Part shown: one piece after another, positions 12,230-26,045 of the stretch
Position numbering within the stretch: the stretch's first letter is position 1
Layout of the letters: the number at the start of each line of letters is the position of its first letter
Assembly (NCBI GenBank): GCA_977016875.1
Contig: CDRNST010000382.1
Span: forward strand, 1,860,001 to 1,924,000
DNA from: Pavona decussata
Taxonomy: Eukaryota
DNA length: 64,000 bases
Reading direction: 5' to 3'
Position numbers and translations under genes: made by a program
The notes under the pieces: generated by a model
Told to the model about the DNA's origin: nothing
Databases searched by the model: none
What the model saw: the letters and a program-made list of their open reading frames with translations, nothing else

Positions 12230-12860
12230 GAAAGACAATACAAGATTTTTATTTCTGGACAATAGATAATTGTGTTAAAAATGAGTGAAAGGTTAGACCC
12301 CAGACATGGACACCATAAATGAGGAAAGGATAGATAAGAGAGTAATAAAGCATGATAAGAATATGGTTGTCGACAAAATGTCTCACTTTTGACAAGATAT
12401 CTACTGTTTTTGATAGTTTCAAGCAAAGCTCATTGATCTGACTTTTTCATGCTAAGTTGGAATCAAATGTGTTGCCTAGGTTCTTAGTAGAGTCAACTTG
12501 TTTAATAAGTTTACCATCAATATTAATTCTTAATGACTGCCTAGGTTTAAGTTTACTGGAATGAAAAAGAATAAAATTAGTTTTTAGAGATACTAAGTGC
12601 TGATCGATTACATTTCATCTGTTTGGCAACAGATTTAAGTTCATGATTTAGGATTAGTTCAATATGACTATGGTTTTTGCTTGAGAAATAAAGGTTAGTA
12701 TCATCAGCAAACAGATGAAACGTAAGTAAGCTAGAGTGCTGGGTACATCATTTGCATATAATAAAAAAGGGGTCCTAGAATAGATCCTTGTGGAACACCA
12801 CAAGTGACTGGTTCCCTCATCCCTACATAAAGGTACAACTGAGAGGTTCATAAAGATAGT
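12230..12860 (-). pseudogene. LINE RT fragment (copy B, longer)
   Basis: CGVPQGSILGP, LFADDTNL, FDSNLA, LYYSLIYPFLIYGVHVWG motifs on the minus strand. Confidence 0.8.
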
Positions 12861-12861
12861 A

Positions 12862-13530
12862 ATCCCCACTCATAGGTTATTGTTGGTGATTGCAAGTCCT
12901 GTTTTCTACACCATGCTTGTGACATATTGGTGTAGAGAGATGATTGCATAGATCTCCCTGACTGTGACTATCAAGGGATGATGGAGTTGCTGCGATACAC
13001 TTACACCGAGGAAGTTCGCTTCAATGGAGACAATATTTTACATTTACTCTATCTGGCAGAGAAATATATGATTCCCTCTCTGACCAACGGCTGCATTTTA
13101 TTCTTGCAAGAGCATCTGGGTTCAAGTAACATCTTTTGCGTCTTGAAACACTACAAGTTAATTGAAAATAAGTCTCTTTGGTGCTCTTGCTGGAAATTTA
13201 TAGATAGAGAAGCCAAAGATGTTTTGGAGTCAAGCCAGTTCTTTGATATGAAATGATCAGAGTTGATTGAATTGGTTATAAGAAACACTCTGAACGTTAA
13301 GGAAATCTAATTGTTCATTCCCATCAACAAGTGGGCAGAAAATGCAAAAAGCTCTGGCTTGATGCTGCAGTGAAACGCTGTCAGATCCTTGGTGATGATA
13401 TCATAGACAACTTGAGATTTCCAGTTATGGATGAAAACGAATTTATGTTATTAAAAGAACCAATCTGTTAACCAACGAAGAAACACGGGACGTTTTGAAC
13501 AACTTCGCTGAAAGCAGATGGCCAGTTTGA
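12862..13530 (+). pseudogene. BTB-BACK gene fragment, copy B
   Basis: BTB segment as in copy A, continuing CWKFIDREAKDVLES..LNVKE..KWAE..LRFPVM (BACK-like) with stops and frameshifts. Confidence 0.8.
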
Positions 13531-13564
13531 GGTATATACCTCCTAATGACGTTCCACAATTCAC

Positions 13565-13611
13565 TTGACTCTGAAGATGACTTCCACTCAGGTTGTCGAA
13601 ACGTCAGTCAA
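13565..13611 (+). ncRNA. Minimal type I hammerhead ribozyme of Penelope-like element type
   Basis: ttgact-CTGAAGA-tgac...gtc-GAAA-c-GTC-agtcaa: conserved core, 6-bp helix I, short helix II, palindromic minimal helix III. Confidence 0.8.
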
Positions 13612-13739
13612 AGTCACCACAAACAGTCCATCTCAGGACTACACTCACCCAGATGATCATAATTTACGTACTTATCTTGAGTTATGTTGCTGAAATTTAT
13701 TCGGTGGGCTTAGGATAATTCTCACTTGTCTCATATTAA

Positions 13740-14400
13740 GCAGATTCCTCTTGCTGTAATGGAGGCCGAGAGTGAGGACACGAAAAATATTGAACTCTTT
13801 TGGACTCTGTTTAACTAGGTGTTACAGGAAGTTTCTGGTCAGAAGGACTACAAATTAAATCCTGTCGGTTGGTGCACCAATATGGTGGGAGCCAACTTTG
13901 CAGAAATAACAAAGGTGTTTGGTGACAAAGCAACATCTCGCATGAACTCATGCGAGTTTCACTTCAAAGATCACAAAGCAAGAAATCACAGAGACTTGGC
14001 GACAATAGTAGTGACGGCTTCAAAGAACTTTGCGATACACTCCTAAAAAGTGTAACTGAAGCGGGATACAATAAAGCTAAAGCTGCCATAGCCACTTTTT
14101 CTCAAGGAGCACAATGAGCGCGCTTCCTTAAAAACATGGGTATGGTGGTGGCATGACAGAGGTGGGTTCATCTCCAGAGCATTTGCCCCAAAAGATGCTC
14201 CTGAGATGAATCAGGCTGAAGTCATACATGCTGGGTGGGCGCATAGAGACTTCTTAACTTGAGCCTTCTCAACGTATGTCATGCAGATGTCCGTGATACT
14301 GTTATTATTGACACGGAACTTAAAACATACAAGGCCGGCAACAAATCATTCCTTTGAGGAATGCAGAAGTAGGCAGCATGTCAGGACACTGAAGAAGGAT
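13740..14400 (+). pseudogene. MULE-type transposase remnant
   Basis: LAVMEAESED..IELFW, NPVGWCT(N)MVGAN, SCEFHFK (CxFH), WWWHDR, MNQAEVIHAGW. Confidence 0.7.
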
Positions 14401-14621
14401 AAGAAATGTCGACAACAGTCAGAATGGCTACTTAATTGACCCTTAGTCTTCTTCCAAGCCTCCGAAAAGCAAGAAAAAGAAAGGGAAAAAAATACCTTGT
14501 CAGTCGAAAGAGCCAGAGCCTCTGGATCCTGGGCCAGCGGTATATGGAGTCACACCTAATATGCCGTTGTCTAAAATTACCTAACCTTATGTACCCCCAT
14601 CGAATGTGCCCTCACTAAATT

Positions 14622-16891
14622 ATCCGAAGACCCCAATCTCTATGTGTCCAAGTGAAAGCACGAAGAGGAAATGAAAAAAAAAATGACTGGAATGTTTGTT
14701 ATATGTTTGCTTTTTATAAGCGTGTCTATTGAGGATCTAGCCTCAGGCAGGCCTTTAATTTTTTTTGGCTCGTCATGTCACGCATGTCAGACAAGTCATG
14801 TACAGCAAGGGTATACAAAAGTATACAAAAAATTACTCATTTATATATTTACTTATTTTTGTTTGAACCCTTGACATGAACCCTCGACATGTTACCCCCA
14901 ACCCTTGACCAAAACCTAAACTCATCTTTGAATTGGTGATGAAGGCCGGAAAATTTTCAATTCTTTCTATTTGAGTGATGAAGATAAGGCGAAAACTGAC
15001 GTGATTTTTGACAAGATTGCAACATATCTGGAGCCTAAATCGAACTTTTGAATTGCCAGATACCAACTGCAAGGCTTCAGACAGGCTGATGATGAGAGCG
15101 TCGATTCATTCATGGCCAGGTGCAAAGTGCAAGCTCAGAAATGCCGGTTCAGTGAGTCCGAACTGGAACATATATCAAAACTATTTTGGATGAGATGTGT
15201 GATGATGCCAAGCATCAGATGAAACAGATCTCACCTGATCAAAAAGGTAGCTGGTCCAGAGTTGTGACATGCTGTTATGGTTGCTGGCTAATTAGAGGGC
15301 ACTTAAGTAAAAATTGCACCTTTCGTATAAAGAATTCTATTACAGAGTCCCTTCTATACTATGAGCATCTGTCTATGCGAGGTGCAGACACAATTTGTGA
15401 TGAGGAGCTGTGGCAGGGCACTGCCAAGGCAGCAGAAGGTCATCTGAGTCAGGTCCTCTGGGCTAAGGCAAAAGGGGAAGGCCTAAATGTGAGTGTCAAT
15501 TGGCAGGATGGGAACTCCTCCACCAAAGGTTTCCGCCATTCCTACGTCAATGAACAGGAAAGCAAAGTAATGTTATGTGGCGTTCATGTTGGGAGGGCAC
15601 ATGGGAAAAAGTTGGAGGAGTTGAGAACTGAGTCATTGCTCACTTCTGCCTTCATTGCCTTCCACAAAGAGCACTTTCCTTCTGTAGGATCAGTCAAATG
15701 CTGTTGTCCAGGCAAAAATCGCACCTTTGTCTCTACCAGGAAAAAAACCTGCTTGTGGTTGTATTGGCCCAGGGCTTATACAAAATGCCAAGCGAAACCA
15801 CTACTGTGCACTGGTGCATGCAAGCAACAGTCCTGATAAATACAGGAAAACAATGTTGGCCCTGGGAAAGGGGGTTCTTGTGGGTTTCATCCAGTTATTA
15901 AATGCAGCTGTAAGAATTGTGTCGTAGATGTAGATGGGTTTTACCCTGAACCAAAATGCTCTGGTGAGCCATATCACTCTACTCATGTCCTGAAATGTGA
16001 CAGAAGAAATAAAGAAGATGACAGTTAATGGATTCAGTGTGACATGCACTTTTGCCATAAACGAAAGGGCCACCCTGAAAGATGTCAGGAAAAAAGCAGA
16101 TAGAAACCTGGTGGGCAATTCAAAGGCCCACAAAATTCCATACAAGCTAATGAATCCATCATTTGTGGCCTGCATCAAACACAGTAAGTCCTGGCCATCG
16201 TTGGATATGGACAACAGTAAGAGGCCAAAATGATTACATGCATACTCGACATAAGCGCTTCTCAGCAAGCTAGCAAGTAAGAGAGTACCTTACAATAACA
16301 TTGGTCGCTTATTTAATATTAATAATTAACATTAATAATTAATACAAATTAAGCTCCACAAAATAGAACCCACTAAATACTCATATCCTGAAATGAGAAT
16401 TTCATGGATGAGCATATGAGATTGAGTGCGCTCAGAGAAGGTCATAGACCCAGAACTTGGCAAGAGGCATTCAAATCTTCGCGAATCAACCTTCAGTGTT
16501 TTGACAAAATTTTGGGCGAAGGATACTAATTTGCGCATAAAGCGCTATAATACTTCAACCAACTTGGGATTGCTTCAAGCAAACATAACATGGTGTCAAA
16601 AGAAAAGGGGACCTGAATACCACTGAATCCCAGATCGTTATACCCGAATGGGCTTACCATTATTTGATGGCATTCAAGAAAAGGTATGTCGTGTATGAAT
16701 TAATACAGTGAGATCAGTGTGGCTTGCATTTTACAAAGATGAGGATGGTAATTAAATGAATAAACTAATGGAAAGAATTGTACCTTGATGCTTCAGTGTC
16801 AGCATGACGATAAAGAACGCTGGAAATTGTTGGAAAGGTACAAAATGACTGAGGGCAAGCAGGAAAGAGTGCAGTGGAAAATCAACCGAGC
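14622..16891. repeat. Segmental duplication copy 2 (contains gag and Mutator-like remnants)
   Basis: Colinear with 6115-8387. Confidence 0.95.
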
Positions 16892-17619
16892 AGAGGAATG
16901 GAAATTAAGGTAACAGGGTATTTTTATCAATATCTGGTGCAACAAAAATGACCTGTAAATGGAAAGGAGTCAGAGTTAATTTATTTGGTTTAATTCCCTT
17001 TTTTCCCCATTTTAAGGCCTTTTTGTTGTTGTTGTTTTTTGGTGACCTTTATGATATGACCAGCCTTATTGCATTTTGGGTAAGTCTTTAAAATCCTCAG
17101 CTGTTCTGAAGTGTAGATGTAATGTCAAGTTCTTACATCATTTTCTCTGTTTTTTGCAGAAAGAAATATGTAATTAATCAGTACCTTTGGAGATTAAAGT
17201 AAGCCACATTTTATTCTATAGGCTTGTTAACGTATATTTTAGTTGTTCGCCCTTTTTCCTTTAATTTAGTTTCAATGTTAGTAGACCTATTAGTACATTT
17301 AGTAGATCGCGTGATAGAAACTTGTACCATAATGATAGAATCTAACATAGTTCTCTGTTCACTTTTATATCGTAGTTCGAACCGTATTAGATGTATTTTG
17401 ATGTCCAACGTATCTTGCCATATTTCAACGCATTTGATGACTTAGGAAACTCTGCATTACAATTCGAACCTGAGCATTGGCAACCATAATTGAATAAACA
17501 GTTCAACCTTATAGGTGTTTGAATCACTCTCTTTGGAGCATAGAAAGAAAGCATGGGTTGGTTGGGTTTGAAATTGAATTGTGCTACCCGCCACCTACAG
17601 CCGCAAAGAAGGACCCACG

Positions 17620-17947
17620 AGCAGAGGGAAAGTATTGTGTTGTGGGAGGCCCTGCTTTGGTAAGCTGCAAAAATACAGATGTGAAAGGTATTTCGACATA
17701 TCTGTTCCCAAAAGATGAAACCATGAGGGCCAAATGGGAGCGATTTGTAAGGAAACACCATGCCAACTTCAAAGCTACTAAATGGTCGGTGCTTTCCTCG
17801 GTCCATTTTGCTTTTCCTGGCCTTTGGATTTCAATGTGGATCAAAGAGATCGCAAGAAAAGGCGTCACAATAAAGACGCAGTGCCCACAATTGATGTTGC
17901 ACAAAGAAGGCCTCCTCAGGAGCTAAGCAAAAGAGAACACAGACTGG
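17620..17947 (+). pseudogene. THAP zinc-finger exon (degenerate), likely DNA-transposon derived
   Basis: YCVVGG..SCKN..FPKD..RAKWERFV..WSVL(S)SVHF, then frameshift to DAVPTID; followed by a gt donor. Confidence 0.75.
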
Positions 17948-18984
17948 TAAAGCAAGAATTATATTTAAGTTCTTATAGCTTTTTGTTCTCCACGGAACTG
18001 TTTGCACATGTGCAGATCAGACTGACATTGAGACCAGATAACACCTAAGTTTTTCAAATGCCATATATTTCAGTACTAGAAAATGTCAAGATTTTTAACT
18101 TTGAACATCCGTCATGGTCAGGAAAAGGATAGCGAGATAGCATGTTCTCGTTTCAGAGGGCACGTGTCTGGTTGTTAGCCTGAGAAACGCTACGTGTTCT
18201 CACTTTAAAATCATTTTGTTTGGAAGTCTTTAATTTTCTCCCACCCTGATCTAGGCTATATGCCCTAAGCCTCTTATATAGAGTAATGAGTGGGTAACAT
18301 TTAAGTTGTGCTTTTAAAAACTCTGTCTGTGAAATGACATTATTGACATAAGCTTATGTCTGCTTCCTTTGAGGTTCGCCCTGTTTTACTCTTTTCTATC
18401 ATTGATCAAAATCTCCAGATTCTTCAAAGTGCAATAATGAATCATGGGGCTTGCTCCTGGATGAGCCATGCGATTGAAATGGCCACCACAAATGTCGCCA
18501 CACTAGTAACTGAAGGTGACAGTGTTCATGGAAATATTGACTGTCAACCATTAGAAAATAAACAGTCAGTGCTCACAGTCAGTGCCACACTGGCGGTGGC
18601 TACAGTCACTGCTGCCACTCCTGCACAGTCACTGTCCACTCCATTGCCAGTGAATGTTGTAGATAGTGTCTCCCCAGTGAATTGTGTTCAATGTAAAAAG
18701 CTCAAGAATTCAAACAGGAAATACCAAAAATAAAACTCCAGGCTGAAAAGAGTGAATCATCAATTGAAACCAAAACTTAAAGCAGTCAGTACAAGTACCC
18801 ATAACAGAACTTTTGCTTTAATTAAAAAACTGTTTTTTGTAGCTCAATGAAGGATACACGTAGCTAATTTTTAATGCACTTAATTTATTAATTATTGGAA
18901 ATAAAAATTAGTCCAGAGAATTTGCATTCAGTTGTGGCTACAACTCCTGTGAGATCAAATGGACTAAATTTGGAACCGGAGGGT

Positions 18985-19555
18985 CAAGTCTTGCTCAACA
19001 TGCTTAGTGTTCACTCACTCGACCAAAAAGCAGCATTGTCAGGTGGAGGATATCTTGATGTGGTCTGAAGCCTTCACGATCTATTCAATGATTGTGGTGT
19101 CTCACTTCCTACAAGGCTGGCAGGACCTCACGCAGTACAAACTTTTGATTCTCCGAACCTATAGCCAGTTCAAGGGTCGTGTTTGGCTTGCCTACGACCA
19201 GGCATTCCGTGAGCACACTGCTGCTGTGAACTTGATGAACTGGTCTTCGATCAATGTTCAACTTTTTAACTTCCATGCTGCGAGGGTGTCAGTGCGTGGC
19301 GGACAGGGCTCTCACTCGCGATGCCACAGAGCCTTCTGGTTCGTCCACCTCGCAATTATTTGCAGGTCCTCGAACTCTGGACGTTGTTCTGCGTCGTTTG
19401 CATCTTGCCGCTTTGCTCACCAATGCAGCATCTGTGCAGGACCTCATCGTTCCTTATCGTGTTCCGAGCGCTCTGAGAGTCGACCCATGCATGAGTTGAA
19501 ACTCCGTTAAGCCTCCCCAACCCGTTTTCTGCATCCCAAGCTAAGTCCAAGCGCC
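18985..19555 (+). pseudogene. DIRS/Ngaro-type gag-like ORF, C-terminal part with Cys/His finger
   Basis: EDILMWSEAFTIY..DLTQYKLLILRTY..WLAYDQAFRE..WSSINVQLF; CRSSNSGRC..CRFAHQCSICAGPH. Confidence 0.75.
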
Positions 19556-19699
19556 CTTAGGAATCTGCTGGCGTCAACCGTGACGTGACCTGTTTGCCGC
19601 CTGTCGGTTCTGTTTTCAAGAACAGCCTGCCTTGAACTATTCTGTTACACAAAGTTGGGAAGAAATTTCCCTTCACATAAAAAAAAACCAGATCCCCAT

Positions 19700-20900
19700 C
19701 TGTAACCATAAAAAAAACAAGCTCCTGTTGCAGACCTAAATCTTGGTCTACTCTTGGAAAGTGGATCACAACTACATCAAAGGGAAAATATTCTTACGCG
19801 TGTGATGGGAACTTTTGACAAGTGGATTGCAAAAAATACACAAATTTCAGCTTCTTACGCAAGAAGACTGAGAGCTTTAGCTAAGGTTTTCCAACCCTTT
19901 CCACATTTGGCAAAAACTTGTTTGACAACAACAGAAGAGTGCAACAAACTTTCAACTATTCTCAAAGATCTTAAGATTCTTGAATATAAAACCTTTTGGA
20001 AACAGTACAATTAAAAACAACTTGAAACTCCCGCCATGAATGTCCGCCCTTGTCAAAAAACAATTGCCATAGAAACCATGGCTATGAATGTCCACCACTG
20101 CCAAGAAACACTTGCCTTAGAAACTCAATAAAACGATTTTTACTTTACACACTTGTCATGTTTATTAGTCGCTTATAGGAGTAGAGACAATGGGGTTTCA
20201 TGTCTCCTGTGCCAAACAAAAAAAGTCTAATAACCCCTTTGTTTTGGTCTAATAAAAGAATAATTATAAAAGCGTGTGGTGAGAAAAATGTCTTTTGCTG
20301 GCCATCGCCGCTTACCAACCTTGATGAAAGATTTTGTCATAATCGTAAACATCAAGCAAAGGTGAGCCAGGATAGTGTTTAACTGCATTTGTGGAACACA
20401 CCGTTAAGAGTACATTTCAGCTGTAAGCTCTGCATTTCCAGCAAATAAACACCTTTAAAATTCGTGCTCATTCTTGGCAAAAAGGTGCCCATAAAAGATC
20501 GCCATGAACCTTGCCCCAAATCAGAGCCGATCGCTGCCTCATTTTTATAGCGAGATACTCCTTGTAAATCAACTCCCAAAGCTCTAGAGGGAGGTTATGA
20601 ATGGCCTCAGAAAGGGGCGGCTCCGCTGCCAGCGCTTGAGGCAGTTTTCTGTTTTCCTCCTCCGTAATTTATCCGTAAAACATTTGCAGAAAATCTGACC
20701 AATATCTTGCAGCTGCCATCTTGGCATATATACCAGTGCAGATGTTTCTTCAATAGGATATATTTTTGGTACACATCCGTGTATAAGAATAGTAGGATAT
20801 ATTATCTTCAATGGAAAATGTTTTCTGTGGCACATCCGCACATATAGATTACGGCCTCACTGGACTGTTAAGTCACGCTTCATTTTATGCTGTTTGCGTT
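19700..20900. pseudogene. Compact cluster of small decayed intronless ORFs (convergent; includes a RING-like remnant)
   Basis: + ORF 19754-20014; + C..C/H..C/C..C remnant ~20090-20230; minus-strand broken ORF LPLELWELIYKEYLAIKMRQR..APFC..ICWKC. Confidence 0.35.
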
Positions 20901-23849
20901 ATTTTACTTACGCACATATATGATGAAGATTCTGGACACAACCAGTTGTAGGGATTTTATCCAAATATAAGGCGACCACAGGAGCCAAGTTTTTGGATAA
21001 AATCACTGCAATGGGGTGTGCCAGAACTCTCATCATATTTGTGTGTAGACTTATTTTTTCAAATGAATTTATTGCCAACGAGTCACCCTCGCAAGGACGC
21101 AAGGGTGACAAAGCCGCAGCACTATAAAGCCGACGCGCGAGTTAGTGTTGGTACAGGCAGAAGAAATCTCAAATGAAAATGCAAGCATAAGGTAATGTAA
21201 GAGTGACATGATCAGTGATTGTTTTCGGCCTAGCCAATGGCATCAGGAGTATCATGATCGATGAGCGCGAGTACCCAGATTCTTCTTACACACGCACAAA
21301 CTTAAATTTTATTAACAATATGGTGGCCGAAGTGGCTAATTAAGTTGTCTTCGCTCTGTTCAAGAGATTTGGATAAGAATAATAGCAGTGTTTATACGTC
21401 TTACTGTATCAGGATGGTGAATAAAAATAGCAAAGATCTTTTTAAGCGCTAAGAAACTTTGCAGAAGTTTTCACGTTTAGGAGCAATCAAATTTTTCCTA
21501 CGCGACATCTTATTTTTCGATCCTGCACGACTGTGTGGAAATGTTCCACTCTAATAGCACATTTGTTGCTCTGTTGGTGGACGGCAAAAGTTCTGACGGC
21601 TCCGTCAATCAAGGAGGTAAGAGAATTCAAATCTTAACTGTTTGTAGTGTGTTTTGTTTTTTGAGGAGGGAGCAATTTTCTTAAAGAAACCTTTAATCTT
21701 AAATCATGATAATATTCAAATTGCAAGCTAATACGGACAATAGTAGGCCAGTGATGTGAATTCATGTAGTCGGTAACATGATATGCACAAAAAAGATATC
21801 ATTCGAAACTGGTACACTGTGGACCAAGCGAATCCTTAATTATAGGAATTTACAAAATATTTTAGATTTCATCGTTTTCTAGTCAAGTTGAGTGTTGTTT
21901 TTAACTCGTGAATGAGCGCATGCGCTTGTGCGTGATATTGCATTGTACTTGAAAGTTTGCCACCAAAAAATATTTCCCGCCAGAAAATGTCTTTAGCTGA
22001 AAGAGGCACTCAACTGAAAAGTTCACCGCTAATCTAACTTTTTGCATACATGAAAACTTGACATCTTTCATCATATTTTTGCTTCTCATACAGAAGTATT
22101 ACATCAAGTACATTAGTTTGCTAAAAAACATTAGTTTGGCTGTCAGTTTTCACGCGAAAGCAGAAAGTGCCATCTCATGTATCAGTGATTCGTAAACAAA
22201 ATTATGCAAATTTCTGCTGAAATGAACCATTTTAGAACTCTCCAGCTTTCATAGAGGTTTCAAAGGGAAAAAATGTTTATTTTCGCAATTTTTACCTGGT
22301 AATTTATGGGAAAGCAAAAGGATGCAGTCGATGAATTTTCATCAACTGTTTAATACATACCATGTAGAATTTACTGAAATGCATGTGTAATAAAAAAACT
22401 TTTTGGTAGGTTCATTGACTAATAAAGCAAAATACAGACAACTACCTTTCATTGAAATAATTCTTATTTAGCAAGAGTTAGTCATATCTCAATTTTTTTT
22501 TTACTTGAAGATTGCATGGACTGAACTCCAAAGGAAAAATTTCACGCATTTATGCCGGGCATGAAATGTAATGCGACACTTTGTTCAACAGATTTCCCTT
22601 CCCTTCAGCTTGAGCAAAGTAATGTTTTTTTTTTTTTTTTTTTCCACAAAGTGCAGTGTCTTACATTCAATTACTGAGTGTCAGCATGAACTTTAAATTA
22701 AAAAAAAAAGTGAAAATGTTTTAATCGGCGCATCAGAATAACCCTATCCAATGAGTAGGGAATAAGTTTACAATCATTTTTGTAGTACAATGGTTATTTC
22801 TCGTTACGTAATCGGGCAAAGATGTTATTTTTTTTAGCTTTCAAGGAAGTGTCCGTAGCCATCTTAATTTCAATAACTGATGTGTCATCTGCATTCACGA
22901 GTTGGCTCACAGGACATTGTATCTAAGAATCACTTTCCCTGTTCTTGTATCACTTCGCCAACCTATTCTGTTCGAGGAGGAAGAAAAACATTTCATATTG
23001 TATTAAGATCCCTTCTTGAGAAAGAAAACGTCCTTCAGTTATTCTTGTTGTAAAAATGTTGAAGGCGGCCCTCTTAACTTCCCCATAGCCGCGCACTGCG
23101 GTCTAAAATAAAACATGCAAGTCTTTAATTTGCTTGACTCTCAGTTGGTCATTCTTTTGCTTCTTTCTCTACCGACTTGTTTATGTTGGGGGAGAAATGG
23201 AGCCAGCTGGTTTAAGTTGGTCCTCAAAATAGAAAATACTGTGGCTACAGCCCTAACCTTCTCACCACAAGGCAAACAAACACGGGTAGAATACTCCTCT
23301 CCGGATTCCAAATGGAAGCAGATGTCTTAAGGAAGTATGTGACTGCGAAAGGTCAGTGACAAATTCTACAATACTGGAACGCTTCTTCACCCTTTTGCTT
23401 CCTTCCTCGCTTATTTTGAGCAACCTTCTTTTTGGGTGTTTCCAGACATTAGGAAACCATACTGGCAATTGCAATAACAGTAAAAATAGAAATTCTCACC
23501 AAACAAAACAGTAGCGGACAAACAGGCATGTTTATTTACAGAAATGGACACAAGAAATTCCCCCGAAATGGTATCACTTGTCAAAGTGGGAGGGGCTGTC
23601 AATTAAAAAGGCCTGAAAAGCAGCAAATCGCCAGTTCAAAGATCCCATCGCAGTCTCTAATTTTTTCTTTGCTTGGGCTCTGCCCTCGTTCCTCAGGGAT
23701 TTACTGCTCGCAGTCTAACTTTTACAAGAAATCCAAAATTGTTTCAGAGATGGAATCTGTCTTGGCCAAATGTGTTGACTCACACACACATAGGACTTGC
23801 GTACCATATTGTTTAGGCCCATTTTCAAGACTTACCTCCAAACAAAGAG

Positions 23850-25060
23850 CCACTTGCTCTCATCATTAATGGGGTGGCAGATACTAGTAAGAGCTACCTT
23901 ATAAATGCTATTCGTAGCCTTCTGCATGGGAAATGCTCAGTATCTTAAACAACCAGTAAAGCTTCCTTTCACATAAATGTGGTAACACTTCATTCCCTTT
24001 TAAAGCTACCAGTTGGATCAAGAGGTCATAAAGACCTCACAGGGCAAAGTTTGATAAGATTGCAAGAATCCCTCAATGACATTGACTATATTATAAGTGA
24101 TGAGTATTCCATGCTTGGCCAAACAACCTTTGACTGGATACACAAGTGCTGTAAAAAAGTATCTGGTTTCCAAGATAATCCATTTGCCAGCAAAAGTGTC
24201 TTTTTAGGTGGGGATCCAGCACAGCTTCCCCCTGTGGGAAGCTGCCATACTAACCAACAGTATAGGTGAACAGGGGTAACTATCATACAAAATGTTTAAT
24301 AAAGTAGTAAGTTAACCAGAAAGTGCAGGGTGATAATCCAGAACAGACACAGTTTAGAGAGTTGCTTTCGAATTAACATTAGATGACTGGAAAGTGTTGT
24401 TAACTCGACAACCTACAAATGTTGACAATTTGATAGAATTTAATGATGCATCTGCTGCAGCAAAAAAAAATTCAGTCGTGATGACTTTCAGGTCTTCGAC
24501 CACTACTTTATCAGCTAAGGGTGTTAAAGTAATACTAACAATGAATTTACGGCTAGCTGTATGTTGTTGCAATGGTGCAACTTGAACTGTTGTAGATTAT
24601 AGGATATACAGATTATATATCCTACTGTTGTGGGATATCAAAATAATAAACCACCACCACAAGTGCCAATGGCAGTTGTTGTCAATTCCAGAGGTCCATC
24701 TATCAGTCAAACTCTTCCATCTTATGTACCAATACGCCTAGTCAGTTACAAATCGGTCATCACATGATTTCCATGAATGATAGCAGCTTCCTGTGAGACC
24801 AACATTGGCAAAAACAATTAACAAAAGTCAAGGACTAACAATGTCTAAGGTTTGGATAGACATTGGAAAAATCAGAGAAACCCCCAGGAGTGTCATAATG
24901 TAGCCCTTAGCAGGGTTAGATCATTGCCATTATCTGTTATTGAGCTAATGACCTATGACCAGTTAACAAGTTTGAAATTGTCTACCACTTTGCAGTATAG
25001 ACTAAATGAAGAAAAAAGGATTAGACCACATGGCACAGGCAACTCAGCAAATTCAATAAC
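23850..25060 (+). pseudogene. PIF1-family helicase remnant (Helitron-type)
   Basis: Degenerate Walker A GVADTSKS, TLHSLLKLP, IISDEYSMLG, GGDPAQLPPV, NGAT, KSQGLT, VALSRVRSL. Confidence 0.85.
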
Positions 25061-25199
25061 ATCATTGACTATCGTTAATTTTGCATCACAGCCTTAGCAA
25101 AATAATCCAATATATACTGTTGCTTGACATGCTTTTACAACTGGGAGAATGTATCAACTTCCCCAAGTAATAAATTATAGCAATAATATTATGAGATTG

Positions 25200-26045
25200 A
25201 AAATAATATTGTTGCCAACTGAATTGGCGAAATCCAGTGAACCACTAGTCCTGAACAGTGGCAACACACACCAGGAACGATGAATCCAGCAGACTTACCA
25301 ACAAGGGGTCTTTCTGCGGCAGCATTAGCTGAGAGCGAAGTCTGGATGGAAGGATCAGCCTTCCTTAAATGTGATGAGTCAACCTGGCCGGCAATACCGC
25401 TGCCCAGAGGAAATGCCAAGAAGGCTGATGACTGTGAAAGGCGAGTGACAACCCGCACACACATTACCAAGAGCCATAAGAGTGAGAGCATTGACCCTAA
25501 TCACTTTTCAAGCCTCAAGCGTCTAGTTCGCGTGACAAGATGGGTGCAACGATTCCTAGCCAACTGCAGACTTCAAATCGACGCCTTCCCTGATGGAGAT
25601 AAAGATGCATCACTAACACAAATGAACCCTAACAGGGATTCTGACGGGTTACTTTGAATGGATGGTCGTTTGCGCTTCGCTGATCACCTCCCCTACTACA
25701 CGAGACATCTTATCCTATTGCTAAAGAGCCACCTAGTGACAAGATTAATTGTTATTGACGCCCATGAAAGAATTGGCCATGGATCTGGAGTGGGACATGT
25801 GCTAACTGAGTTATGCAGTCGGTTTTGGATTACAAAAGGGAGGCATGTGATTCGAAACATTACTGAGGCTTGTGCAGAATGTAGACGTCGCTTCACCATG
25901 AAGACAGGCAGTCAGATGATGGCCCCACTACCTAGATCAAGGTTGCGGTTATCACTGAGAGCATTTGAAAGAGTTGGTGTTGACTTTGGAGGTCCATTCT
26001 TGACAAAACAAGGCCGTGGTAGGGCAAAAGCCAAGCGCTACCTGT
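25200..26045 (+). pseudogene. BEL/Pao LTR retrotransposon pol fragment (RNase H end, integrase HHCC, start of rve)
   Basis: WQHTPGTMNPADLPTRG; HERIGH..FWI..CAECRR; MAPLP..FERVGVDFGGPF. Confidence 0.9.
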
